In this document: one piece after another, positions 1 through 8,373 of the stretch | Numbering within the stretch: position 1 is the first letter of the stretch | Layout of the letters: the number at the start of each line of letters is the position of its first letter | Origin: Pseudobdellovibrionaceae bacterium | GTDB taxonomy: Bacteria > Bdellovibrionota > Bdellovibrionia > Bdellovibrionales > Bdellovibrionaceae | Length of the DNA: 35,943 nucleotides | Reading direction: 5' to 3' | Assembly (NCBI GenBank): GCA_041288045.1 | Contig: JBGGMM010000077.1 | Coordinates: 1-35,943 of the forward strand | The notes under the pieces: model-generated | Database searches by the model: none | What the model was told of the DNA's origin: nothing | What the model saw: only the letters and a program-made list of their open reading frames with translations | Program-made: the position numbers and the translations under genes

Positions 1-253
1 GGCTTGTTTACCTGAGCCATAGGTTTTGGAACTACTGCCTGCGCCACTACAGTTCCGCCAGCTCTTAACTTAGGGTTAGGGTGCCTTTCTCTTTTTCCTT
101 CACCCACCGCATCAGATTTATGTCTTTTCCAGAGCTTAATGCGGTGGGTGAAGGAAAAAGAGAAAGGCACCCTACGCCGGCCCCCTCAACTACTAGCGGA
201 ACTGTAGTGGCGCAGGCAGTAGTTCCAAAACCTATGGCTCAGGTAAACAAGCC
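1..253. repeat. Nested inverted repeat: 1-58 is the exact reverse complement of 196-253, and 77-112 is the exact reverse complement of 139-174
   Basis: Direct base-by-base comparison. The outer arm is cut off by the window start. Confidence 0.95.
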
Positions 254-980
254 CAATGGACCAAATGCTGACAAAAACAAATAAGCTAATGTGTGGCGGA
301 TCCAAGAGAGCTCTCGAAGGAACGCTGGCCACCACAGCAACAGGTAGAATCGTTAGCACCAAAACCTTCAGCCACGGAACATAAATCGAATCTGGGCGCA
401 TTCCCAATCGGTAGAGCTGAAACCACAGGTACTGAATATTATCTGCTCTGGTGAACAGCATCGCTAGCGAGCAAAACATAAATCGAATTGAATACAGGCT
501 CAAAAGCCCTGCCGGAATCAGCAATAAAAGCCAGAGCAAGCGGATCCACTGAAAATCGGGAAGGCTCGAGAGTGCAAAGTAAAGCCAAACAAGACCGATC
601 AGGAGATTGCCAAAAATCGCTGTGTTGATTCTCTGCAGGCTCACCATAAATTGCGAGCTCACCGGTTTGGCCAAAAGCAAATCGATTTCGCCTTTTCGAA
701 CTTTGTCGGACATATGATCCAGATTTTCGCTAAAGAAAATCATATAAAAAGCGTCCACCACAAAGAGCACGCCCAAAAAAACCCGGGTCTGCGCCAGATT
801 CCAGCTGCCAATCGTGTCGGTGACTCGGAACAAAGCTTCAAACATCAAGACTTGCGCCGCATACCAGATGATATCCGTGAGAATGCGAGTGGCGAAATTG
901 GCGCGGTACTCAAGGTCAGCCACAAAGCTGGCTTTGAAAAAGGCCTTCATCAATCGAGAGTATTTCAAAATCCGTTTCAT
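186..980 (-). CDS. ABC-2 type transporter permease (DUF990/ABC2_membrane_6-like)
   Basis: Multi-TM protein with an EYRANF N-terminal motif and a G.lD.lL.kPvs motif. ATG at 980 overlaps the upstream stop (ATGA). Confidence 0.85.
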   Translation of the reverse strand: MKRILKYSRLMKAFFKASFVADLEYRANFATRILTDIIWYAAQVLMFEALFRVTDTIGSWNLAQTRVFLGVLFVVDAFYMIFFSENLDHMSDKVRKGEIDLLLAKPVSSQFMVSLQRINTAIFGNLLIGLVWLYFALSSLPDFQWIRLLWLLLLIPAGLLSLYSIRFMFCSLAMLFTRADNIQYLWFQLYRLGMRPDSIYVPWLKVLVLTILPVAVVASVPSRALLDPPHISLFVFVSIWSIGLVYLSHRFWNYCLRHYSSASS

Positions 981-1810
981 GCCCCATGCCCCGAATATTT
1001 GGAAAGGCCCCACTTCCAAGTCAAAGCCGAAAGAGCGCCCATCACAATCAGTCCATAAGTGGTGGTCGCAAATCCATGGCAAACCATTTCAAGTGGAACC
1101 CGCCCCGTCAGATAGCCCACCGGAATGAAAACAGCATTGGCAAAGGGAAGCTGAATCAAAATCGATCGATAGGGCTCTGGCAAAATATCCAGCGGGAAAA
1201 GCTCACCGGTAAAAATCCACAGGGCTAAATTTTTCGCAATGGTCAGTGAATAAACCCGGTTCAACTGAAACGCTAAAGTGGCAATAAAGAAACTCAAAGT
1301 ATGGACGAAAACCAAATAGTAAGCGATCAGCAAAAGAGCCAAGGGGAGTTTGGAATACACAGTCGGAAGTCCGAAATAAGAAACCGCAACCAAGGGAATC
1401 AAAAAGCTCAGCGAAGAAGTGATAAATTTATAGCCCAAGAGCTGGCTCAGGTAATATTCAAAAAAACTCATCGGCCGCACGAGAAGACCATTGATGCTGC
1501 CTTTGTCGATCTCTTCGATCATTCGCGATTCATACATCCAATTGGTGGTGATTCTGGTGACAAAAGCAGTCCACAGCACATAGGCCAAATAAGACTCTTT
1601 CGGAAACCCAGCGATCAATGTGGTCTGAGCACTAGCAAAAATCGCAGTCCACAAAGTGAGCTCAATCAGACCCGTCACCAGGGGCTGCAAAATCGCATCC
1701 GTCAAAAAATTGAAGCGATACTCAAGATTTGTCAGAACGGCCAGGCGAAAGAACGCGAGATTCCTTCTCCAGAAACCGGTGAATGATGTCCTCAAAATGA
1801 GCCTCGTCAA
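977..1810 (-). CDS. ABC-2 type transporter permease (DUF990-like); start uncertain (TTG)
   Basis: LEYRFNF and GSINGLLVRPMS motifs, multi-TM, lies between the ATPase and the second permease. Confidence 0.85.
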   Translation of the reverse strand: MTRLILRTSFTGFWRRNLAFFRLAVLTNLEYRFNFLTDAILQPLVTGLIELTLWTAIFASAQTTLIAGFPKESYLAYVLWTAFVTRITTNWMYESRMIEEIDKGSINGLLVRPMSFFEYYLSQLLGYKFITSSLSFLIPLVAVSYFGLPTVYSKLPLALLLIAYYLVFVHTLSFFIATLAFQLNRVYSLTIAKNLALWIFTGELFPLDILPEPYRSILIQLPFANAVFIPVGYLTGRVPLEMVCHGFATTTYGLIVMGALSALTWKWGLSKYSGHGA

Positions 1811-2735
1811 TTTTCAAATCATGAATGCCCGCAAGAGCTGTCACTCGCGACAGCACAGAAGGCAAATTTTTGGATGCAATTTCAAATTCAAACTGTTGAG
1901 TGGAAACAGCAAGCTTCACTTCAGGTGAAAGCACAACTTCGGAAGCCAAAGGTTCGCTCAAAGAAAAGGAAACCTTTTGCATGCTCTCAGTCTTATTCAC
2001 AAAGCCCTGAACAGTGCCATCATAGACAATGCTGCCTTTGCTAATCAAAAGCAGCCGATCGGCAAGCTTAGCAATGTCATCCATATAGTGACTGGTGAGA
2101 ATCACCGTAGGCCCCTGCTCTCTGACATACTCGCTGAGGAATTTTCGAATGCTTGTCTGAGCCACAATATCAAGACCGATGGTCGGCTCATCGAGAAACA
2201 GCACATCCGGCCGATGCAAAAGAGCCCCGATGATTTCCATTTTCATGCGCTCGCCTAAGGAAAGCCGGCGCAGCTGAGTCTGAAGAACATGCTGGCAATC
2301 CAAAACCTCTGCAAGTTCGGTGACACGCTTTTTTGCGGACTCGCGGTCCAAATCATAGATTTCAGCGAGTAATGCAAATGAGTCAGCCGGGGAGAGATCC
2401 CACCACAACTGATTTTTCTGCCCAAGCAAAATGCTCATGCGCTTGAGAAAAGCCGGATTTCTCTCCCAAGGCTTGTGGCCCAGGACAGACGCTGTGCCGC
2501 CAGTGGGGTGAATCAATCCAGAGAGAAGTTTCAAGAGGGTCGTCTTGCCAGCGCCATTGGCTCCGACAAGTCCGATGATCTGCCCGGATTCAATTTGCAG
2601 AGTGGTTTCTGCAAGTGCCACTTTCTCGGTGTATTTGCGATCCCAGAATCCGCGAATGCTTTGCCAGAGACCTTCGGGTTTTTCATAGGATTTGAATGTG
2701 CGCGCCAGATTTTGCGTTTCAATGACGATCGCCAT
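1722..2735 (-). CDS. ABC transporter ATP-binding protein
   Basis: Walker A GANGAGKTT, signature LSLGERMK, Walker B LFLDEPT, H-loop TSH. Confidence 0.95.
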   Translation of the reverse strand: MAIVIETQNLARTFKSYEKPEGLWQSIRGFWDRKYTEKVALAETTLQIESGQIIGLVGANGAGKTTLLKLLSGLIHPTGGTASVLGHKPWERNPAFLKRMSILLGQKNQLWWDLSPADSFALLAEIYDLDRESAKKRVTELAEVLDCQHVLQTQLRRLSLGERMKMEIIGALLHRPDVLFLDEPTIGLDIVAQTSIRKFLSEYVREQGPTVILTSHYMDDIAKLADRLLLISKGSIVYDGTVQGFVNKTESMQKVSFSLSEPLASEVVLSPEVKLAVSTQQFEFEIASKNLPSVLSRVTALAGIHDLKIDEAHFEDIIHRFLEKESRVLSPGRSDKS

Positions 2736-2755
2736 GGGCTTCCTAAGCTGAAAAA

Positions 2756-3313
2756 TTAAATCGAGATGACCTCTTTGATTTCAGGCAAAAGCTCTTTCAT
2801 GCGAGCTTCAATGCCTTCTTTCAAAGTGGCTGTGGAGCTTGGGCAGCCAGCGCAAGCGCCTTTCATGTGCAAAGCCAGGGTTCCCTCAGAGTAATTGGCA
2901 AACACAATATCCCCACCATCCATTGCCACTACAGGGCGGATTTCGGCGTTGAGAATGCGCTTGATCTGCTTGACGATTTCAGAGTCACTCTCTTGCTCGT
3001 CGTTCTGGCCATCTTTGGGACGTTCAGTGAAAACCGGCTCGCCATTTTGCAAATGCTCACGAATGAGGCTCGCCAAGGGCTCGGCCAAAACATCCCAGTC
3101 GACCCAATCTTGTTTGGTGACAGTGATAAAGTCAGGGCCAATGTAGACTCCGTTGGTCCAAGGAAAGCCAAAGAGCTTTGAGGCCAGCGGTGAAAAATGG
3201 GCGTCTTGAGCATTGGCGAAATCATAACCTTGCTCGCTCACGATATGCGAAAGCGTGAATTTCAAAGTGGCAGGATTTGGTGTCTGTTCAATCGATACTT
3301 GAATGTCTGACAT
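2756..3313 (-). CDS. NifU/NfuA-family Fe-S cluster carrier (Nfu_N + NifU domain)
   Basis: TPNPATLKF N-terminus, IRP..MDGGDI and GACAGCPSS motifs. Start MSDIQ chosen. Confidence 0.9.
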   Translation of the reverse strand: MSDIQVSIEQTPNPATLKFTLSHIVSEQGYDFANAQDAHFSPLASKLFGFPWTNGVYIGPDFITVTKQDWVDWDVLAEPLASLIREHLQNGEPVFTERPKDGQNDEQESDSEIVKQIKRILNAEIRPVVAMDGGDIVFANYSEGTLALHMKGACAGCPSSTATLKEGIEARMKELLPEIKEVISI

Positions 3314-3422
3314 ATGGTTCCATTTAGTCTCGCGATGCAGAGTGAAAGTCAATGCCTCCTTGCTTTGAGAATGAAAACACAATAACTTTTTGGCCTTTGA
3401 ATTGAATCAAGGAGTTGAAGAC

Positions 3423-4346
3423 ATGACACCAAGAGTAAGAGAAATCCTGAGCTGGTATGGATCCGACAATCCTGGAGTGCTGAGCAGCCTCGCCCGAATG
3501 ATGAATTCGGGACGCTTGAAAGGAACTGGCAAGCTCGTGATTCTGCCTGTGGACCAAGGCTTTGAGCACGGTCCGGCTCGCTCCTTTGCCAAAAATCCAG
3601 ATGGCTACGATCCCGCTTATCATCTCGAGCTGGCGATTGAATCCGGATGTAACGCCTACGCAGCACCCTTGGGAGCTCTCGAAGTTTGTGCCAGAGATTA
3701 CGCTGGAGAAATTCCGCTCATTTTGAAAATCAACAATTCGGACACTCTTTTCGGTCCGAAAGCTCCCATCTCAGCTCTCACTTCCAGTGTGGATGACGCC
3801 TTGAGATTGGGCTGTGCCGGAATTGGTTTTACAATTTATCCCGGAAGCTCGGAGCGAAAAGAAATGTACGAAGAGATCATGAAAGCTTCTGCAGAAGCAA
3901 AAAAAGCGGGCCTTGCTGTGATCATTTGGTCCTACGCACGAGGTGAGCAAATTTCCAAAGATGGCGAAACGGGTATTGATGTGATCTCTTACTCGGCCCA
4001 CATTGCCGCTCAGCTCGGCGCTCACATTATCAAAGTCAAACCGCCAACTGCCCACATCGAACAAGATGCCGCTCGCAAAGTATACGAAGCTCAAGGCATC
4101 AAAGTCACTAGCCTTGCGGATCGCACTCGTCACGTCGTTCAGTCCTGCTTTGCAGGAAAGCGCATCGTGATTTTCTCTGGCGGAGAAACGAAAACCACTG
4201 ATGAGCTTTTGGGCGAAGTCACGCAAATGGCTCAAGGCGGGGGCTTTGGCTCCATCATGGGACGAAATGCATTTCAAAGACCGAAGGCCGAAGCGATTCA
4301 GCTTTTGAACCGAGTGCAAGATATTTTTGCCGGCAACACACTTTAA
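3423..4346 (+). CDS. fbaB: Class I fructose-bisphosphate aldolase (DhnA/FbaB type)
   Basis: ILPVDQGFEHGP motif and Schiff-base Lys in AHIIKVK. GGAG RBS before ATG 3423. Confidence 0.9.
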   Translation: MTPRVREILSWYGSDNPGVLSSLARMMNSGRLKGTGKLVILPVDQGFEHGPARSFAKNPDGYDPAYHLELAIESGCNAYAAPLGALEVCARDYAGEIPLILKINNSDTLFGPKAPISALTSSVDDALRLGCAGIGFTIYPGSSERKEMYEEIMKASAEAKKAGLAVIIWSYARGEQISKDGETGIDVISYSAHIAAQLGAHIIKVKPPTAHIEQDAARKVYEAQGIKVTSLADRTRHVVQSCFAGKRIVIFSGGETKTTDELLGEVTQMAQGGGFGSIMGRNAFQRPKAEAIQLLNRVQDIFAGNTL

Positions 4347-4370
4347 AAATTAAAGGAAAAAAGCAAAGAC

Positions 4371-5873
4371 ATGTCTCATGGTGATGACAATCCATTAAGA
4401 GCGGAAAAAAGAAAAAAACTGCATGCGATGAAAGCGGCAGGGATCAATCCATTTCCCTACGCCTTTGATCGCAATGTAAGAATCGAAGATCTCATCACCA
4501 AGTATTCGCACAAGCTCAACACTGGCGAAAAACTGATCGACACCCATTACAAAATCGCCGGTCGTTTGATGACTTTGCGGTCCATGGGAAAAGCCGCCTT
4601 CTTCAATATCCAAGATCAATCGGGGGCTTTGCAGATCTATGTGAAGCTTGAAGAGCTGCCAGAGATCGAGCGCAAAGCTTTTGAGCTCATCGATTTGGGC
4701 GATATCGTCGGAGTCGAAGGCTATGTCTTTAAATCGCAAAAAGGTGAATTCTCTCTGCACGCCAAATCTTTTCAAGTGCTCACCAAAACGTTAGAGCCTT
4801 TGCCAGAAAAATTTCATGGCATCGCCGATGTCGAGATCAAATACCGCCACCGTCATTTGGATTTGATTTCAGACCCAGATTCCAGACGGGTGTTTGAAAC
4901 CCGATCCAAAATCATTCGCGAAATCAGAAATTTCTTGGATGCTCGAGGTTTTTTAGAAGTGGAAACGCCTACTTTGCAACCCATCTATGGCGGAGCCGCA
5001 GCCTATCCATTTTCCACTCATCACCGAGCTTTGGATATGAAGCTTTACATGAAAATTTCTCCAGAGCTTTATCTGAAGCGCCTCTTGGTCGGTGGGTTTG
5101 AAAAAGTTTATGAAATCGGCAAGAACTTTCGAAACGAAGGGATTGATCGATCTCACAATCCTGAATTCACCATGCTCGAGTGGTATGAAGCCTATACCGA
5201 TTACAATTATCAAATGCGCCAATTCGAAGAATTGGTGTCAGGCCTGGCATTGAAAATCACTGGCAGCATGAAAGTCGTCTACCAGGGAAAAGAAGTGGAC
5301 TTCACTCCGCCTTGGAAAAGATTGACCATTCTGGATGGCATTCGCCAGTACGCCAATGTCGACCCAGATCAAATTTCTGCAGAAGACCTGGCCAAAGAAA
5401 TTAAAAAATATCCAGACATCTATCCCAAAGTCTTCGATGCCCAAGGCAAAGCAAAAGTCTCTCGAGGGGAAATGCTGGTCCGTCTCTTTGAAGCGACAGT
5501 GGAAGAACATCTGTGGAATCCGACATTTGTCATGGACCACCCTGTGGAAGTTTCACCGCTGACCAAAGCTCATCGGACACAAAAAGGTTTGGTGGAACGC
5601 TTTGAGCCTTTCGCTGCCTGCATGGAAATCGGCAATTCTTATTCAGAGCTCAACGACCCTGAAGAGCAATACGCCCGCTTGAAAGAGCAAGAAGAAAAGC
5701 GAGTGGTGGACGAGGAGGCTCAGCCCATGGATGAGGATTTCATCCATGCCATCGATACAGGTCTTCCGCCGACAGGTGGTGTGGGCTTAGGAGTTGAGAG
5801 AATCGTCATGATCCTGACCGATCGCCCGAGCATTCGAGATATCATTTTCTTTCCAACCATGAAGATTAAATAA
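4371..5873 (+). CDS. lysS: Lysine--tRNA ligase, class II
   Basis: OB-fold N-terminus, GGAAA.PF, FRNEGID..HNPEFTMLE and GLPPTGGVGLG motifs. Confidence 0.97.
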   Translation: MSHGDDNPLRAEKRKKLHAMKAAGINPFPYAFDRNVRIEDLITKYSHKLNTGEKLIDTHYKIAGRLMTLRSMGKAAFFNIQDQSGALQIYVKLEELPEIERKAFELIDLGDIVGVEGYVFKSQKGEFSLHAKSFQVLTKTLEPLPEKFHGIADVEIKYRHRHLDLISDPDSRRVFETRSKIIREIRNFLDARGFLEVETPTLQPIYGGAAAYPFSTHHRALDMKLYMKISPELYLKRLLVGGFEKVYEIGKNFRNEGIDRSHNPEFTMLEWYEAYTDYNYQMRQFEELVSGLALKITGSMKVVYQGKEVDFTPPWKRLTILDGIRQYANVDPDQISAEDLAKEIKKYPDIYPKVFDAQGKAKVSRGEMLVRLFEATVEEHLWNPTFVMDHPVEVSPLTKAHRTQKGLVERFEPFAACMEIGNSYSELNDPEEQYARLKEQEEKRVVDEEAQPMDEDFIHAIDTGLPPTGGVGLGVERIVMILTDRPSIRDIIFFPTMKIK

Positions 5874-6740
5874 ATGAAGTTTTGGATTTTGCTTTTCGCA
5901 GTTTCAACTCTCTTTGTCGCTTGCAAGCAAGTGCCAACGAAGGTGTATCAATCCCAGCCTGTGACTTCCAAAGAAGCGGGCGGTGGGATCGTGATCTCAG
6001 AGAAAACCGTGATCCTGGATGCCAGGCCGGCCTTTGAATATTCGCTGGCCCATCTCAATGGTGCCATTCACTTGCGTCCAGAGGATTTCAACCAAAAGGA
6101 ATCTCCCTTCTATGGCCTTTTGGATGCCGATCACTTCGCTCTGGCTCGCAGGCTTGCCCGGTTAGGAATCACTCCAGAAACCCCGGTCGTCGTTGTAGGT
6201 AAAGGCCCTCAAGGTTATGGCGAAGAGGGACGCATGGCCTGGACTTTGAAATATCTCGGAGTCAAAGACGTCAAATTCGCAGCGCAAGAACACTTCTCTC
6301 TGCCGCTTTCAACGGCCGAAGCTCCGCCCAAACAAAACGCCCCCATTTGGAAGCCATCGGAAGATGAAACTTTGCAAGTGAGCAAAGCCGATTTTCTGGC
6401 GCAAACAAAAAAATCCAAAACGCCAGCAGATGCGGTTGTGATCATCGATGTTCGCTCTTCTTCCGATTACTTGGGAAAGGGTGGAAAAGAAGCTATAAAA
6501 ACTCCTGACATTGGCGCCATCAATATTCCTTGGACTGAATTTTTCACTGCCAAGGGGCTGGTGAATCCCAATGTGAAATCTCGTTTGGAATCGATCGGTA
6601 TCACAGCTGAGAGAAAAATTTTCGTCATTGCTTGGCAAGGCTTCGAGTCCGCAGCTGTGACTCTGGCGCTTCGTGATTTGGGCTATTCCAAAGCAGCGAA
6701 TTTTTCTGGTGGGTATTTGCAGCTGTCTTCTCGCAAGTAG
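5874..6740 (+). CDS. Tandem rhodanese-fold lipoprotein lacking the catalytic Cys
   Basis: Lipobox LFVAC; ILDAR...HLNGA and IIDVRS...GAINIPW rhodanese motifs. Confidence 0.8.
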   Translation: MKFWILLFAVSTLFVACKQVPTKVYQSQPVTSKEAGGGIVISEKTVILDARPAFEYSLAHLNGAIHLRPEDFNQKESPFYGLLDADHFALARRLARLGITPETPVVVVGKGPQGYGEEGRMAWTLKYLGVKDVKFAAQEHFSLPLSTAEAPPKQNAPIWKPSEDETLQVSKADFLAQTKKSKTPADAVVIIDVRSSSDYLGKGGKEAIKTPDIGAINIPWTEFFTAKGLVNPNVKSRLESIGITAERKIFVIAWQGFESAAVTLALRDLGYSKAANFSGGYLQLSSRK

Positions 6741-6905
6741 TTCGTGTCTTTGCCTGATCGTGAACGTCCGTGTCCGTGGCCTCACCCCTTCGGGGTCCGC
6801 CTTTGGCGGATTTCCAGAAAACCTAAAATAGAAATACAAATACAGCAGAGCTGATCATGAAATTTTATAAATCGGCAGCGGCGTTCAGAAAACGCTGCGG
6901 CAATT

Positions 6906-7316
6906 TTAGAGATCATGCCTTTTTGAGCCCAGTCTTGGGCGAGATTTTTTGGGATTGATTTCGGCTGGTTGGCGGTTTTGAAAGGCTTCGAGTGTGTTGG
7001 TTTTTGCGGCTTTGATGCAGGCGATGCGAGTGCTGTCTGAAATTCCATCGCGGGTGCAGAGGTCGAGCTTTCGGGGCGAGAAGGCGCCGGTTTTGGTGAG
7101 CTCCACGCATTCATAAAAGCTGGGATCTGTGAAATTCTGGTTGCAGACTGTGGCTAAGTACCAATCGGGGCTGAGGTCCTTCATTTTCTTTTCGCACTCA
7201 ACTTTTTCCGGGCCCTCTAAAAATCGCTCACAAAGGGCAATGGGATTTTGTGGCTCCAGAGCTGAAGCCGTTGAAGTCATAAAAATAAAAGTCAGCCAAA
7301 AAATTTGTTTCATCAT
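6906..7316 (-). CDS. Hypothetical secreted protein with three Cys-pair repeats
   Basis: Signal peptide ending ASA-L and six regularly spaced Cys. Starts 2 nt after the HD-GYP stop. Confidence 0.7.
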   Translation of the reverse strand: MMKQIFWLTFIFMTSTASALEPQNPIALCERFLEGPEKVECEKKMKDLSPDWYLATVCNQNFTDPSFYECVELTKTGAFSPRKLDLCTRDGISDSTRIACIKAAKTNTLEAFQNRQPAEINPKKSRPRLGSKRHDL

Positions 7317-7318
7317 CC

Positions 7319-8263
7319 TTAAGCAGCATTGAGTTTAAATAAAACCGAATACAAAGCTTTTAACATGTCGGGATCATAGCGACCCGCCAGTTTTTCTTTC
7401 ATCATAGTCACAGCTTCAAAGGGCTTCATGGGCACATTGTAAGAACGCTGTGTGGTCATGGCATCATAGGTGTCGGTGATGGCGCAGATTCGAGCAAAGG
7501 GATGAATCTCTTGGCTTGTCAGCTGTTGGGGATAGCCATTTCCGGACCAGGATTCATGATGCTCAAAACAAGCGGCTTTCACAGCGTCAGAGACGTTGGC
7601 GTTTTGATTGAGAATCACGAGGCCGTATTGAGGATGCTTTTGCATTTGCGACCATTCGGCATCGGAAAGGCCGCCTTTTTTGCACAGAATATCCAAGCTG
7701 ATCTGACGTTTTCCAATGTCATGAAAAAGAGCGGCCAAGCCCATTTCTTCAAGCTCTTTTTTCTGAAAGCCCATGGCTTCGGCCAAGCCCAAGGAGTAAA
7801 TGCCCACATCCAAAGAGTGGTTGTAAGTGTAAAAATCATGGCCCGAAAGAGAAATCAAATGCCCCATGGCTTCAGGCTCGGCCTCCATGAATTCAACGAA
7901 ATCCTTAATGACTGGACGAGCTCCATCCAGTGCTTTATTGACATCCGGGTGCTCGAAAAGCTCTTCCACCAGAGTCATTGACGATTCGCGAAGCACCATG
8001 GCTTTTTCGCGCACATTCAAATCCGCAGAAATCATTTGCTCGCGCACGTAGGTCTTATAGGATTTTCGGTCTTCTTCTTTGACCAAAAAGTGATTGCCTG
8101 AATCCTTGCTCTCAAGGACGTTGAGCTTGTCTTTTTCGAGCATTTGGCCAGCGCGAAGGTAAGTGATGTTTTGATTGTTGATTCGAAGGTGCAGATCGAA
8201 AGTGAGAGGCTTCCCTGGAATCAAAGTGTTGATTCGAACTTTGAAAAATCCTGATGTTTCCAT
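7319..8263 (-). CDS. HD-GYP domain protein (putative cyclic dinucleotide phosphodiesterase)
   Basis: YTYNHS, FHDIGK, HHESWSGNGYP and DTYDAMTTQRSY motifs. Start METSG chosen. Confidence 0.9.
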   Translation of the reverse strand: METSGFFKVRINTLIPGKPLTFDLHLRINNQNITYLRAGQMLEKDKLNVLESKDSGNHFLVKEEDRKSYKTYVREQMISADLNVREKAMVLRESSMTLVEELFEHPDVNKALDGARPVIKDFVEFMEAEPEAMGHLISLSGHDFYTYNHSLDVGIYSLGLAEAMGFQKKELEEMGLAALFHDIGKRQISLDILCKKGGLSDAEWSQMQKHPQYGLVILNQNANVSDAVKAACFEHHESWSGNGYPQQLTSQEIHPFARICAITDTYDAMTTQRSYNVPMKPFEAVTMMKEKLAGRYDPDMLKALYSVLFKLNAA

Positions 8264-8373
8264 TTCTTTATTTTGACATGTGTTGAGGAAGAGGGTCACC
8301 TCTTCTCATTGTGAGACGTCCCATCGTCGAGGGTTTGACAAAAAAACTTGGATCTGTCTCAATCTAGGCCGCC

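Noticed and set aside
70..81. TTAGGGTTAGGG, two telomere-like hexamers near the window end
   Set aside because: Only two units, explained by a 6-bp duplication at the foot of the inverted repeat; the context is bacterial.
77..174. 36-bp repeat with 26-bp spacer as a CRISPR array
   Set aside because: The copies are inverted, there are only two, and no cas genes are present.
1..253. Protelomerase hairpin telomere
   Set aside because: A fold-back end would be perfectly symmetric, but 59-76 and 175-195 differ and the centre is asymmetric.
81..284. 67-aa ORF across the palindrome
   Set aside because: Antisense to the permease and built from repeat sequence; no RBS or motif.
3366..3385. Fur/Irr-like box upstream of the nfu gene (TTGAGAATGAAAACACAA)
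   Set aside because: Only one half-site matches and the spacing is off.
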